Assembly: GCF_009914755.1 (NCBI RefSeq)
Contig: NC_060930.1
Strand: one strand, 5' to 3'
DNA from: the human T2T-CHM13v2.0 reference genome, Homo sapiens
DNA: 64,000 nt
Position numbers and translations under genes: made by a program. Under the pieces are notes generated by a model, which did no database searches, was not told the DNA's origin, and worked only from the letters and a program-made list of their open reading frames with translations. Numbering within the stretch: position 1 is the first letter of the stretch; the number at the start of each line of letters is the position of its first letter. This document shows positions 14,992 through 31,131 of the stretch, piece after piece.

Positions 14992-16332
14992 TTCTTTTTA
15001 AATTTTAAATCCAGGTGGTACATGTGCAGTTTTGTACATGGGTATATCGTGTGATGTTGGGGTTTGGGCTACCATTGAATCCATCACCCAAATAGTGAAC
15101 ATAGTGCCCAATAGGTAGTTTTTCAACCCTTGCCCCCTTCTTTCCCTCCCTACTTTAGAATTCTCCAGTGTCTATTGTACCCGTCTTTATGTCCATGTGT
15201 ACCCATCGTTTAGTTCCCACTTATAAGTGAGAACATGCAATTATTTGATTTTTTGTTTCTGCATTAATTCCCCTAGGATTATGGCCTGTAACTGCATCCA
15301 CGTCGCTGCAAAGGACAGGATTTTGATCTTTTTTTTTGGCTGCATAGTATTCTATGGTGTATATGTACCACATTTTCTTTATCCAATCTACCATTGATGG
15401 GCATTTAAGTTGATTTCATTACTTTGCTATTGTGAATAATGTTGCAATAAACATATGAGTTTTTGATAGAATGATTTCTTTTCCTTTGGGTAGTTACCTA
15501 GCACTGGGATTGCAGGGTTGAATGGGAGTTCTATTTTTAGTTCTCTGAGAAATCTCCATAATGTTTTCCATAGAGGTTGTGCTAATTTACACGCCCACCA
15601 ACAGTGTATAAGCACTCCCTTTTCTCTACATCTGCGCCAATATATGTTATTTTTTGACAATAGCCATTCTGACTGGTATGAGCTGGTATCTCATGTGGTT
15701 TTCATTTGCATTTCTCTGATGATTAGATGTTGAACATTTTTAAATATGTTTGTTGGCTGCCTATATGTCTTCTTTTGAGAAGTGTCTGTTCATGTCCTTT
15801 GTCCCCTTTTAACCGGTCTTTATTGTTGTTGTTGTTGATTTAAGTTTCTTATAGATTCTAGATATTAGTCTTTTATCCAATGCATACTTTGCAAATATTT
15901 TCTCTCATTCTGTAAGTTGTCAGTTTCCTCTGTTGATTGTTTCTTTTGCTGTGCAGAAGCTCTTTAGCTTGTCAATTTTTGTTTTTGTTGCATTTGCTTT
16001 TGAGGATTTAGTAATAAATTACTTACCTAGGTCAGTGTCCAGATGAGTTTTTCCTAGGTTTTCTTCTAGGATTTTAATAAATCAGTGCCTTACACATAAG
16101 TCTTTAATCCATCTTGAGTTAATTTTTGCATACGGTGAGAGGAAGCGTTCCAGTTTCACTTATCTGCATATGCCTAGCCAGTTTCCCAGCACCAATTATT
16201 CAATAGGGTGTATTTTCCCCATTGTTGATTTTTATCAACTTACCAAAGGTCAGTTGCTTGTAGGTATGAGGCTTTATTTCTGGGTTCTCTACTCTGCTCC
16301 ATTGATATATGTGTCCATTTTTGTACCAGTAT

Positions 16333-17166
16333 TGAAATGGGAAAGGTTCCCTTGTCCCCCTAGCAGGGCATGCGGTGGGGGTGTGGCTTGCTTCTTCAGA
16401 GCCCTGCTGCTCCAACCTCTAGGTGAACATACAGACGGGCAGGCTGTGGGGCTCCCACCCCACAGCAGTGTCTCGGGGTGACTGTTTACAGCTCCTAAAG
16501 CCCCAGTGGGCGTGTGTTACAGGGTGTTCTCTTAGTTTGCCTACGGGCACCTTGTGTTAACCAACTCAATTAGAGCGTCTACCTTGTTACAAGGACAGAG
16601 GGCTTTCTGTGTCCCCAGTTTCTTGCCTTGGTGTACCAGAAGAATCAGATCACACGTTGGCTTGGCGAATGGGTGCAAAGTTTTACTGAGTGGAAGTATC
16701 TCTCAGCTGATGGGGCAGCAAGAAGGAAGACGGTTTTTCCCTGGAGTCGGGCTGCTTCGGGGCCAGGGCTCTCCTCCGACCGCCCCAGCCAAACTCCACG
16801 TGGTTCTGCTGGTCGCCTGCCGGTGTTTGTCGGTGTGCTCTTCTCCTAGCCTGCTCCTCTCCTCGCCCTCTCCACGACTAGCGGCTTGCATCTTCTTCCG
16901 CCGATGTGCTCCTCTCCATGTCTGGCCGTCTGTGTGTCTGCCTGCTAGGGTATCGGGTTTTTACAGACCCAGGATGGGGGTGTGGCGGGCCAGGGTGGTC
17001 TTAGAAAATGCAACATTTGGGCCCGAAAGCAGGACTACCTGTCTTCACCTAGGTCCATGGGGGTGGAGCCGTAGCCAGGGACCACGCCCTCCTTTACCCA
17101 GCACTTCCCTTCCCTCCCTATCATTTAGAAGGACCATACTCTTCCCTTTCCAGTACTCCTGTATTA
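16333..17166 (-). mobile_element. Solo ERV1 LTR (LTR27/MER52 group) inserted in L1
   Basis: Begins tgaaatgggaaaggttcccttgtcccc and ends ...cctgtatta. It splits the L1 motif ccagta|catgctgttttgg, with an imperfect 4-bp TSD gtat/gcat. Confidence 0.85.
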
Positions 17167-17490
17167 GCATCATGCTGTTTTGGTTACTATAACCTTGTAG
17201 TATAGTTTGAAATCATGTAATGTAATGCCTCTGGCTTTGTTCTTTTTGCTTAGGATTTCTTTGGCTATTTGGACTCTTTTTTGGTTCCATATCAATTTTA
17301 GAATTGCTTTTTCTAGTTCTGTGAAAAATGGCATTGGTATATTGATAGGAATGACATTGAATCTGTAGATTGTTTTGGGCAGTATGGTCATTTTAATGAT
17401 ATTGATTCTTCCATCCCTGAACACAGGATGTTTTCCAGTTTGTTTGTGTCAGGTACGAGTCCCTCCCTTCCTCCCTCCCTCCCCCAACCC

Positions 17491-17794
<304 letters not shown>

Positions 17795-18219
17795 CACTTA
17801 TTTCTATTTTAAATTTTTACATTTACCACTTTTTTGTTAAAAATTAAAACAGAGTTTTGTAGTTCTCCTTAAAGAGATCTTTCATCTCCTTGATTAAATG
17901 TATTCCCAGGAATATTACTTTTTGTGTGTAAGGCTCTTGTAAAGCGAATTGTTGTCACTATAGTGAACAATTTTTAGACTCAGGAACTTCTAAAACCACA
18001 TAGATGCTTCAGTTCTGAACTCTAGTGACCTTGGTGCGGTCCCAAACAAAGATCTAACTTTTACACCTAAGAATGAATTTTGAGTTCATCGAAGACCTGA
18101 AGTATTTGCAAAAACAAACAGAAAGCAGTCTTATAAATTAGACTAAACTGTAAGCATCTCAAAAATAAGTCCAGTGTTTCATTCCTTTGTTGTTTATAGT
18201 CAGCACATGCACCAAATAA

Positions 18220-18601
<382 letters not shown>

Positions 18602-18830
18602 TGTATTTTTAAATTATGTATTATTTATAAATAATTTCAGAAGATTAGTATACTCTCATTTGACCATCAAATCTGCAAAGGTACTTTTGTTTTCTTCCTT
18701 CCTGTGCAGTACAGAAAGTGAGCCTTTTCTAATCCGTGTCATGTCTCTCCCTATATACTGTCCAATTCATTCCATCTTTTTAGTGACTTCCTTCTATTGA
18801 CTACCCTTTCTTGCAGTGTCAACTTTTTAA

Positions 18831-19191
<361 letters not shown>

Positions 19192-20194
19192 ATGGTGTGT
19201 TTAATGTGCTTTTAAATACAGGAGCAATCAAGGCTTGGTAGATAGGGAGATGAGGGCCAAACAAGCAGTTGCAAACCACTATTGCAGTCAAGGAAAGGTT
19301 AACAATCCTTTCTTAGCAGAACAGACATGGGCTCGCAGGTCCTGTCAAATGAAATTACTTGTCAGCATAGCTACATGCAGAATAGTTCAACAGCCTGGAA
19401 GCCAGAAATCTGAGCTTCTTCATTTCTTAGTTCTTTCAGTGAATTGCTTTGAAATATGTTGACATCTGTGTAACTTTGTGGACTATCACTTCCGCAACTC
19501 CGTGAAGACAGAGAACTCTTATATGTATTCGCGTATTCATAGACACATGACAAATGGAAGGCAAGTTGGCTTTCCCTAAAATGCGGAGGCACACGTGTGA
19601 TGCCTTCTGCTAACACTGCAATTATGTACTCATAATCTCTCATTGTAAATAGAGGCAGATGAAGCCACTCCAGCTCTACGTCAACTCTCCTGGAAAGAAC
19701 CAGAATGTAGGTCCTGTAACCTACTGAGTTTTCATTGGCTTCATGAACACGTATGTCCTACAATCTTGTGGACCTGTAAGCTCTTCATGCATTAAGACAC
19801 ATTCACTTTCAGCCACCTCAACTTTCCTAAAAGAGATGCTTTTGCTGTAAATATTCTAAAGCTATTTCAGTCAAGATGTTCTGAAGCTATATTACTTAGA
19901 AAAATGCTTTTAGTAGGGAAAGTGGAGCTCCCTAAAGGCATCTTAATATGTACTTATCTGCTTTGCTTTTTTTTCCCCCCACAAATGGCATTCATCAAAA
20001 TAAGTTAAATAGTAATGGCTTGAAACGTAATTGTGCTGTTGTACGTTCTCCAACTGTGTACATTCAACAAACCTTGGAAAATTTCAGATCACATGAAGAG
20101 CAAATTATTGGTATGTTGTTGGCAATCAGGATTAAGTTGCCAGAGTCATGTTGCTTAATAGCTTGCTTTTCATAAAATAATGATGGTGAGAAGT

Positions 20195-20425
20195 TAATAT
20201 TTATTGAGTCTACCGTATGTGTAATGGACTGTACTTCAGGCATTTTCTCATTTAATCATGATAACAAACCTATAAACTAGAAACCACTTTGAATTCCTAG
20301 TTAATAGATAATGAAACTAAAAAAGAGAGATAAGCAATTTTGCCTGTGGTCACGTGGTATGCTGCGGTCTAGAGCTGGGATTCAAATCTGGGCTTCTAAC
20401 TTCAGAACCCTCACTTATGACCTCT
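20195..20425 (-). mobile_element. MIR SINE
   Basis: atttattgagtctaccgtatgtg...tctcatttaatc...gaaact...ggtcac...gagctgggattcaaatctggg. Confidence 0.75.
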
Positions 20426-20859
20426 CTACAAATTCTGCTCTCCCCAAAACCCATGTCAATCGTTAGTGTTTCAAGACTCTAAGCATTATTCTTTCTATAT
20501 CAAGAAATTGACTGTATTTTTAGTCTCCATACTTCATAGGAATTCATCTTATGATTCCTATGTTTTTGGATATCCTCCTCTGTATGTTTAACCATGATAT
20601 TAATCTTGACATGTTTCAATGTTATAATCACAGAACACCCTAAGTTGATGTTTTGCACCATCCTCATAAAGTAACCATGTTTGTGGTCCCTCTGGGCATC
20701 TATCCTGTCAGAGAATTGCTCTGATTTCCACTTATTTTCAGTTCCTGCGAGTGCGACAAACCTCTGTATATTCTTGTGTAGAAAAACCAGTCCTCAGGCA
20801 AAAGTAGAATAAGTAAGCAATACCTTTATCCTGTTACAAAACTAAAGAAATATCAGCAA

Positions 20860-21122
20860 TTTCTTCAAGAGCAAGCTCATGTCACTTCATCTGTTAATCC
20901 TTCCTGACTATGCCAGGTGAAGTTAACCACGCCCAAATTTGTGTTTCCAGATATGCCATATAACACTGTAAGTGATTATACTCTGCAATGTTTTAATACA
21001 TCTGCCTTTCTCATAAGACAATAAATACTTGCTGGGGGGTGGGAAGGGGCATGCTTATTTCTATATTCACAGATCTTAGCACAGTTGCTGAGGTTGCCTC
21101 CGTGCTTAATACATGGTTGTGG
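20860..21122. mobile_element. L2 3' fragment
   Basis: gctcatgtcacttcatctg...ccttcctgac and cttagcacagttgctg...gtgcttaatacatggttgtggaa are typical of the L2 3' end. Confidence 0.5.
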
Positions 21123-22429
21123 AAAGTAGGGAGAAAGTGGAGAGGAGGAAGAAGGGGCAGAAAAGGAGAGAGGGAGGGAAGAAGGAAGGTGGGGAAGGAG
21201 GAATAGATTAATTACATTAACTTGGAGTGTGGTTTATATTCATACTAGATGTTTTGATTTTTCCATAATTTCCCATATTGCCAGGATAAAAAAAAATCAC
21301 ATAAGAAATATACTCCGAATACTGCCTCTGACCCAGATTCCAAAGAACAGAAAGAAAGATGGTCAGAAACACTGAGAACTGTCATGTCATTAGGCTTTCC
21401 AGGAGAATTCTGTACAGCTTCAACTGTGCTCTTTTAGAAAAGCCAGGTGTTATAAAAACTTGGTTGTTTATTGACGTATTTTATCTAAAACATGGTTTTA
21501 AAGTGTGTGCGTGTTTTTAACCTGATAGGTAGAAGCTAGAACAGCTGCCATTTAAACATTGCCATCAGTTTTCTATCTTCTATAATGTGGAGGCTTAAAT
21601 TCCCCTTTGGAACAAGTATGTCAATGTTTTCAGTGAACCATCTAAATGGACATTTTAGTTAACACAAAGTGAAAGCAAAGTCTGTGCTCTGAAACGGAGA
21701 GGTTTGGGGCGAGGCAGGGGAAGACAAGCTGCAGGTGCATCTTTGCTGGTTCTATCTCCATTGATGACGGAGCCCTGGGCCGGCTGCTGTGTGCTCCTGT
21801 GGAGGTGTGCGTGGAAACTTCCGGGCACGGAAATCTTTCTTTAGGAAATAAGCAGTAGGCAAGAGATGGAAGAAGCTGCTTCCTTTGAGAGACTCTGAGG
21901 AGCTACGGGCACAAGCATTATTGCTTTAGGGAGCTGGCTACAAAATGGAGCAGTGAATGGAGGGAAGGACGCTGTCCAAAGCCACACAGAGCCCAGCATG
22001 TCTGGGCACCCACAGGCATTGGCTTGGGAATATTGGGAGCTACTAACCTGGAAGTGGATATTGGTGTTTTCACATGGGGGACCCGTAGCAAAGCCAAGAG
22101 GGTGGCGTTTGACTGGCTTCAGGGTGACAGCAAACAGTGGACATCGCCCAGGAGGAGAGCTCAGGAATGAAACATGGCACAAGCCATGTGGAAACCAAAG
22201 AGAAGAGGGTGCTGTGAACGCACATTTCCTGAGCTCTTTGGAGAGTCCCATAAATTATTACTGTGGTGATGTTTAGAATGATAGGATGGAATGTACCAGA
22301 AATTCAGGTGGAACAAACATATGTCATTGGAAGTTTAGCATCAACCATTAAAGTGACTGTATTTGTGCCCAAATACAATCAGAACTCCTGTGGCAGGCCA
22401 GTTATTTGCCCTGCCCTTACTAGTAGCTC

Positions 22430-22575
22430 CCAGTTCTCCCTGCACTTCAGAATCACCCAAGGAGCTCTGCAGAAACAAACCCACCCACCTCCACCCCCAC
22501 ACATGATACAGAGAAATTCAGTCACTGGGTCTGACATTTCTATTTTTTAAAAAAGAAAACTTTCCAGGTAATTCT
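22430..22575. mobile_element. MER5A-like hAT fragment
   Basis: ctgcacttcagaatcacccaaggagct...tattttttaaaa...ttccaggtaattctg. Confidence 0.55.
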
Positions 22576-23155
22576 GTCTTACAGATACTTTTATTAAAAA
22601 TTGGGTTAAAGTTTGCAGAAATCAATTGGGGATACGCAACATCAAATATTTACCATGAAGGACCTTTCTTCAAGGTTGTATTTTATGTCTCTCAATCATT
22701 AGTAAGGCAAGTTCCTGAAGTTAAGGGATGTGGCTTTCACCTCCTTGTATTTCCCACAGGAGGTAATGTGTGGGGAAATGAAATGCGTACTTGTGCTGCT
22801 GAAATGGCCTATTTGCTCATCCCAGTTTCCTCGATGGCACCGTGCACCGCACTCTAGTTCATCCATGCCAGCGCTCTTTGCTCTGCTGAGCAAAGTTGTT
22901 CATGAGGTTTGGCTCCCTCTCTGCTGGGATTTTGCCTCATCCTTTATTCTCAACCTTGACCCTGTCCAATTTGTTCCCACTAAACGCCATAACTTTGTAT
23001 TTGCTTAATTGTCCTGGATTATCTTGGGCATTATTTTTGTTGTTGTTATCATTGGAAGGTGTTAACAACTCCTTCCTAGTATACACCATAATATAAAAAC
23101 ACATTAATTATGACATCTCAGTAATTTATGAAAATAGCAAATGCTAGTCCCATGC

Positions 23156-23441
23156 TTTGTGACAGGATCTTGCTCTGTCACCCAGGTGGGAGTGCAGTGG
23201 TATTATCATAGCTCACTGTAATCTCAGACTCCTGAGCTCAAGCCAACCTTCTGCTTTAGCCTCCTGAGTAGCTGTTACTACAGGTACACGCTATCACACC
23301 CAGCTAATTAAAACAAAAAATCGTAGAGATGGGCTCTCTCTATGTTGCCTATGCTGTGCTAAAACACCTGGCTTCAGGCAATCTTCTCACCTCAGCCTCT
23401 GAAAGTGCTGAGATTACAGGCGAGAACCACCGTGCCCAGCC
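23156..23441 (-). mobile_element. AluJ
   Basis: Old Alu with J diagnostics (atcatagctcactg, gagctcaagc). Confidence 0.92.
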
Positions 23442-24817
23442 GCTGCACCTTTCTGTTCCATGTTTTTCTCAGAACCCCCCAAATTTCCCAGACAGCTGGC
23501 TGAAACTTTTAATACATCCCTACAACTAATAATGCCACTTTCTTCCCACTCCTTGACAAATGATGTTGCCTCCCATGTTACTGCAGCTCCCCGTTATCTG
23601 CCCATCTCCACTGATGAAATCACTGCTGGGAATTAGAGGTACTCTGAATGTAAAACGGCCCCAGTTACTGGAAAGATCTCAGAAACTGTCATTAGTCATG
23701 GCTGCCTCATGCTCTCATCTGGCTGGTCTTCTTAATGTCACTGTAACATGTCACAGTGATTTGCATCTTTGCACCTTTGCAGGAAGCCCCTTCCTTTCCT
23801 GGAATCAAGCCTTCTTTTTACCCTTGTACAGTTACAAGCCTTCCTCCAACCTTCATGGTTTAAGGCCTTTCCAGCACTTGCCAAAACCCTTCCCTGCACA
23901 CTCCCTGTTCTAAGTGCAACTTTTTCTGCTGTCTCAGAATTTGGGCAGAGGCTCTGAGTCTGAGAATCATTGTTCCTAGGCAGTTACAGAGAATGAAATG
24001 AGAGACCTGAGACCCTGGGCTCACACCCTGAAGACAAGGGAGCAAGGTGCTTTAAGAGGACCGCAGAGAGAGAGCTCTAGGTACTGGAATTTGTGGATGT
24101 ACAGGTGATGGACACCCTCCTGGAGAATTAACGAAACATCTCTATCAAGAGCAGATTCTTCAAGAGTGCAGTCTATGAATACTGTTCCTGATCATTACCT
24201 CTCCTCAGCTCACTCCAGCCCCTCCACCCTAATTCTGGAGGAGCCACGAAAGGAGTAAATGGGGAAGGAAGAATGAGAGAACAAAGAAATTAAAAAGAAA
24301 CTATAGCGCATTTCCTCCTCTAAGATAAGACTGAGTGGTGAGAGAGGAAGAAGTTGACATTACATAAGTAACACTTTGATGTTGGCCAACTTGACATTTT
24401 GATAATGGAAAATAAACAATGCAGCTGAGATGTCCAGCTCGGATGTCCTCCAAGGCCTGAGAAGGACAATTCTAGAGTGATCTAGGAATGGTGAGAAAGC
24501 CTTTGGCTTCTTTCTGCACACACCTTTCCAAGGGCACCTATTTTTTTTTTTTAATGATAACAAATGGTGACAAGAATATATGTTATCATTCAAATTAGAC
24601 TGCATGTTTGAAATAATTGCCCAGAGTGTCCATCTGCTGCTGTGGGTATGGAAGGTACTCGATCATTATTGGTTGAGCCCCATCCTCCACATCCCTCTCA
24701 ACATCTAATCCTTTTTTTTATCTCTCATAGGCAAGAGCAGCATTTATAGTCAAAGCTTATTTACAAATATTATGATGCAAAAGTAAGATTATATTCAAAA
24801 GGCTGCCAAAAGAGTCA

Positions 24818-25131
24818 CTTTTCTTTTTCTTTTCTTTTTCTTTTTTTTTTTTTTGAGATAGCATTTCACTCTTGTTGTCCAGGCTGCTGTACAATCATGC
24901 AATCTCAGCTCACTGTAACCTCCACCTCCAAGGTTCAAGCGATTCTTCTTGCCTCCTGAGTAGCTGGGATTCCAGGCACGTGCCACCATGCCCAACTAAT
25001 TTTGTATTTTTAGTAGACACAAGGTCTCACCATGTTGGCTAGGCTGGTCTCGAACTCCTGACCTCAGGTGATCCACCCCACTCAACCTCCCAAAGTGCTG
25101 GGATTAGAGTTGTGAGCCATGGTGCCCAACT
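24818..25131 (-). mobile_element. Alu (AluSq/Sp-like)
   Basis: Antisense Alu containing tttcactcttgttg; TSD aagagtcacttt on both sides. Confidence 0.96.
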
Positions 25132-27443
25132 AAGAGTCACTTTTTTGTGGATCGTTGCATGTCCTGAGGATATATGAAGTCAGGCAACAGAAAGAAATAC
25201 CATGTCAAGATAATTCAGAACCCAGTTAGCTGAAAGCTTGTTCTACTAACTACATGTGAAGTAATGTTCTAGTTATTTCAGCTGTAATTCCAAATTCAAA
25301 ATTGTTTACACCCTCTGGTTGCCTTTGTACTCATGGATAAAACATAACTGTGTCATCAATATTATCTGGCTCATAACAGCTTGCTACTAATGCTGCAAGG
25401 TTTTCAAACAGCTTTAGCCGACAGCACAAGCAGCGCAGAGTTTCTTAAGGGTTAATTTAAATGTTTATATTTAAGAAGCATATTCATCTCCCCTTACAAT
25501 ATCCATCAGCCATCTTGCATAAATGTATTTCTGCTGCTGTCATACCACTCTTTGGAGAATTTTATTTTTAACAATGAAAATAATAATATTTTAAAACCAC
25601 CAAGCAAAAACAAGGCAAATATGATCATAAGATTACCTAGTCATATACTTTTCTCTAAAAACCATACCTATTTTGTTCTGTAGAAAAGGAATTCTAAGGC
25701 AGAGATGGGAGTGAAGGAGAGAACATTTTAAAATCAGGAGACAACAGAAAACATGTCTGAATCTTGAGGCAAAGTGGGGGCCACTTTGCAGCCTAGGCCA
25801 GTTTGTCTGTCAACCACCTCTAGAGAGGACAAAATAATTTCATGTTTACTAGCTACTATCTGCTGGTTATCTTACGTATATAACCTCATTCCTTCTCCTT
25901 GAAAATACTGCATGATTATCGCTTCATATCGATGAAAAAAGCGAAGCTGAGAGAGGTTAAAGTAAAATGCCAAGGTTCTGCAGTATAGCTAACGGTCACT
26001 GCTCTTGGTTCCTTTTTCAGAGAAAGCATGGCTAGAAGATCTTGAAAGTTACAGAAAGCCCCATGAGACAATGACTCATCTCTGATGTGTGGCAGAATGA
26101 GAAACCACACTTACAGTGGTATCCTCATCACTCTTCCATTGAAATGAACCCAATGCTCCCACATGCAATCCAACGAGAGATAAATATGACAAAACAAAGA
26201 AAGCTGCATGTTTGAAGTGCTTTCCAAGATGTCTTACCACACTCCTGATTGGGACTGTAATATCCAAGAAGCTTGACCCAATTTCTCTGAGATCCTGGCT
26301 TTCCCCTAACCTGACACTCTTGTTTTATTCTTGGTTTAGAGAATTCTTGCCCAATCTTTCTGCCTCTTTTATTCCAGACACTGGCTCCTCTCTCAGCTGT
26401 CTCACATGTTATGAATGATCTCGCCTCCATCACTTTTCACAGCTCTTTACAAGTGCTGACCATGGATCATATTCGAGTATATCAGGGTCTAGGACAATGT
26501 GTTTACATTACAGAAATATGACTGGCTTTCACCCTTCTGAAACATCTCTTTTTATGGAAGACATTCATTGATACCTTCAGTCTTAAAAACTTGTTGGCAT
26601 AGAAGAACAGGAAACTGGAAGAGGAGTTTTTTACTTTTATACTTTTATTTGCTAAATGTGTTAAACCCTTAAATGTGCTACATATGTACTATAAGGAATG
26701 CACACCATTGGTCAACTATCATAATTTATGCTCTGTAATTCACAATGCATACTTTATATATATGTGCCTTAGTTATAACTAATATGCTTCTTTTTTTCTT
26801 TAAAAATAATATAGATCAATGATATTTAATGTTTAAAGGAATTTTAAAGATCATCTAGCCCCAAAATATCATTTCGTAGGGGAATTTGGTCAATATCTCT
26901 TTAAAGAGGTAGAATGGAAAGCCAGGTTCCTGAGTTCTAATCATTCCCAGAGGTTCTCTTGTAGTTAAAGCATGATTTTTTAATTAATTAGCTTTCATCT
27001 TAGAAATCGTTTTTTATCATAAAGCTAATTTTCAGACATTTGGAAAACTGTGTGAGTTATCAACAGATGAAATTATGCTGTTCACTCATTTAACTGTTCA
27101 TTGTGTGTTTTCCTTCCATCTTTTCTATCTTGTTTATTTATTAATCTCCAGAATTTAGAATTATGCCTTGAAAACAAATATTTGTAGAATGCATGAATCA
27201 ATATGCAAAGTATAAGAAAGGTCTCTCTTTGAATTCTGACATAGCCCTATGAAATATTATAACATGGAAGCTGCCCTTTGATGTAACTGGTCCTAATTAA
27301 ATCAATTCAGATAATGTAGTATAAACGATCTTTGGGAATACAGTATCATAATGTTTGAAAGTTATGAAAAATAAAGGGGAGCAGCAAATATGCATTTTTA
27401 AAAGCTATACACAAAATTGGCCTCGCTCACAGGGTCATTCAAT

Positions 27444-27470
27444 TGTGTGTGTGTGTGTGTGTACACATAC

Positions 27471-27521
<51 letters not shown>
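27444..27521. repeat. Compound (TG)n(TA)n(GA)n microsatellite
   Basis: Directly visible. Confidence 0.97.
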
Positions 27522-27522
<1 letters not shown>

Positions 27523-27730
27523 TCTACTACATGTCAGGTACTATATTAGTTACTTTATATATTTAGCACCTCAGAGCTTGCTGAAAACAACCCTTATGGA
27601 AGATGCTATTATTATTCCCTATGTTAAAAGTGCAGAAACTGTTTTCAAGGTCACTCAAAAAGTAGTGCTGGTAAAACAGCTAGAAACTGGGTGTTTCTTG
27701 CTCCAATGCCTTTAAGGCTATACTGTGCTG
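27522..27730 (-). mobile_element. MIR SINE
   Basis: gtctactacatgtcaggtact...aacaaccct...tattattattccc...gaaact...caaggtcac. Confidence 0.6.
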
Positions 27731-28202
27731 TCTTCATAAATTGATCCACAATAGGTAGAGACAAGTAGAAACAAGCATATTTCCTGCAGTTTATTCATTT
27801 CCTTCCTATCTGTTTTTGCATAAAGTTTCACTTATAAAACTTGAAAGGTGAACAGGAGATATTAGGCTTAGAAGAATTCCTTATGATGAAGAACACTTTG
27901 GTACTGATTTTGTTAACACACTTTTCCAAGTAGCCTTATAAATCAAATAGAAATAATAATTTTAAAAACCCTAATGACTCAACATACTTCATTCCAATTG
28001 AAACCTACTGGATACATGTAATTCAGAGAACAGATTCTTCTCAGTTAACTTTATCCAAGACTCTAACTTTTTCAGTCAGGAAAAATATAGCCCATATGGA
28101 ATGTTAACCTTTTATCACGGAATTATGATTTCATAGCTTCAAATTGCTGGTCCATGAGGAATAACAGCCGAGAGCTTGCATATGGAGGTAACAAAATGTT
28201 AA

Positions 28203-28669
28203 TGTCTTAGTCCTTTTGCATTGCTATAAAGGCATATCCGAGGCTGGGTAATTTAAAAGAAAAGAGGTTTAGTTCGCTCACGGTTCTGAAGGCTGTACAA
28301 GAAGCATGTCACCAGCACCTGCTTCTCTTAAGAGCCTCAGGAAGCTTCCACTCATGATGGAAGGTGAAGGGGAGTCTACATATAGAGACCACATGGCAGG
28401 AAGAGAAAGACAGACAGAGAGAAAGAGAGGAAAGGGGCCCAGGCCAGAGAGAGATATATATATAGAGAGAGAGGCTAGGCTCTTTTTAACAATCAGTTCT
28501 TGCAAGAACTCATCAAGTGAGAATTCACTCATTACCTTGAGGAGGCACCAAGCCATTCACAAAGGGTCTGTCCCCATGACTCGAACATCTCCCACCAGGC
28601 CCCACCTCCAACACTGGGGATTAAATTTCAACAAAAGACTTAAAGGGGACAAATATCCAAACTGTATCA
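28203..28669 (-). mobile_element. MST (ERVL-MaLR) solo LTR
   Basis: tgtcttagtcc...ttgctataaagg...gaggctgggtaattt...ccaaactgtatca. Confidence 0.92.
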
Positions 28670-29329
28670 ACTAAAGAATTAATTTTGGGGGTGCTAGGTT
28701 TTCTCAGAAACTAAAAAATGAGATATAACTTGCCATTATATGATCTGTGTTTAAAGTACATTCTCTCTCGTCCATATTTCTCCAGGATGATATGCTTAAC
28801 TTAGGTGTTAAAAATAAGTCCATCTGATTTATTTTCAAACTTCATAAAAAATTATAGATCATGTAGAAAAATTAATCTGTGTGACTAGTAAAAGAAAATG
28901 TGACAGCAATTTGGAGAATTTACTATAGCAGATATTAAATATGTTACAATGTATTAAATGTTAGAGGGATCAAAATAATACAGTTTTCAGGGCAGAATGA
29001 GCAGAGGAATGGAATAGAACAGACTCGAGAGATAAGACCCTCAAGGTTAATATAATAAAAAGATGAGATTTATTTCAAGTCAATGGGGAAACATGTTTTA
29101 TTCAATAAATGATGCATAAAAAGTAATTTGTAGATTTTTGGTGAGAAATAAGTAACATTAGATTCATAGAAACCCTTCACACTAAAATAAAATCTGTATG
29201 AATCAAATATTTAAATGTTTTAAAAAGTGAAACTGTAACTAGAAAAGATTTTCATTAAATATCTCCAAGTGTAGAGAAGATCCTCCTAATAATGATAACA
29301 AAGACATAACGCCATAAAGAAAACAATAC

Positions 29330-29967
<638 letters not shown>

Positions 29968-30576
29968 ATCTGAAATAATTTTGAAACGCCTTAAAAAGAC
30001 CTGAAAATTAAATTACTTACTGGTAAACATATTTTCAGCATGTATGACAAGAAATGGTTTCATACAAGAATATATGAAATGGTCATAAGAAACAAACTAT
30101 AAGAAATAATTTCTTATACTTACTGTAAGAAACTTTTATCTATACCGTGCAATTATAATAAAAGAAAATAACCATAATAGTAAGCAATAAATAATGAAAA
30201 TGTATTCAAGCTTCCTAGTAATTGGAGAAAGGCAATTTTACATGAGATGTCATGTTTCACCTAAATAATTGGAAAAATTAAAAAGAATAAAAGCACCCAG
30301 TGTTAGAGGATGCAAAGTAACCATACTGACATGTAGTTTGGGGGAAAGTGGAAATTGATGGAAACTTTCCAGGGTACCTTTTGGAACTAAGGACTCTAAC
30401 ACATTACATGTAAAATATTTTGCCCTTTGCAACTCTACTCCCAAAATTATATTTCAAAAATGTGACTAGACAAATTACTAGAGATGTGTCTAAGGAAGAT
30501 CACTAATGTGCTGTTTTTATAATGAAATGTAGAGCAGCCTATAAACTTATCAATGCAAGACTCTTCAACAAAATAA

Positions 30577-31131
<555 letters not shown>

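Noticed and set aside
16554-17192. 212-aa ORF, the longest in the window
   Set aside because: It lies almost wholly within a GC-rich solo LTR and has no protein family features.
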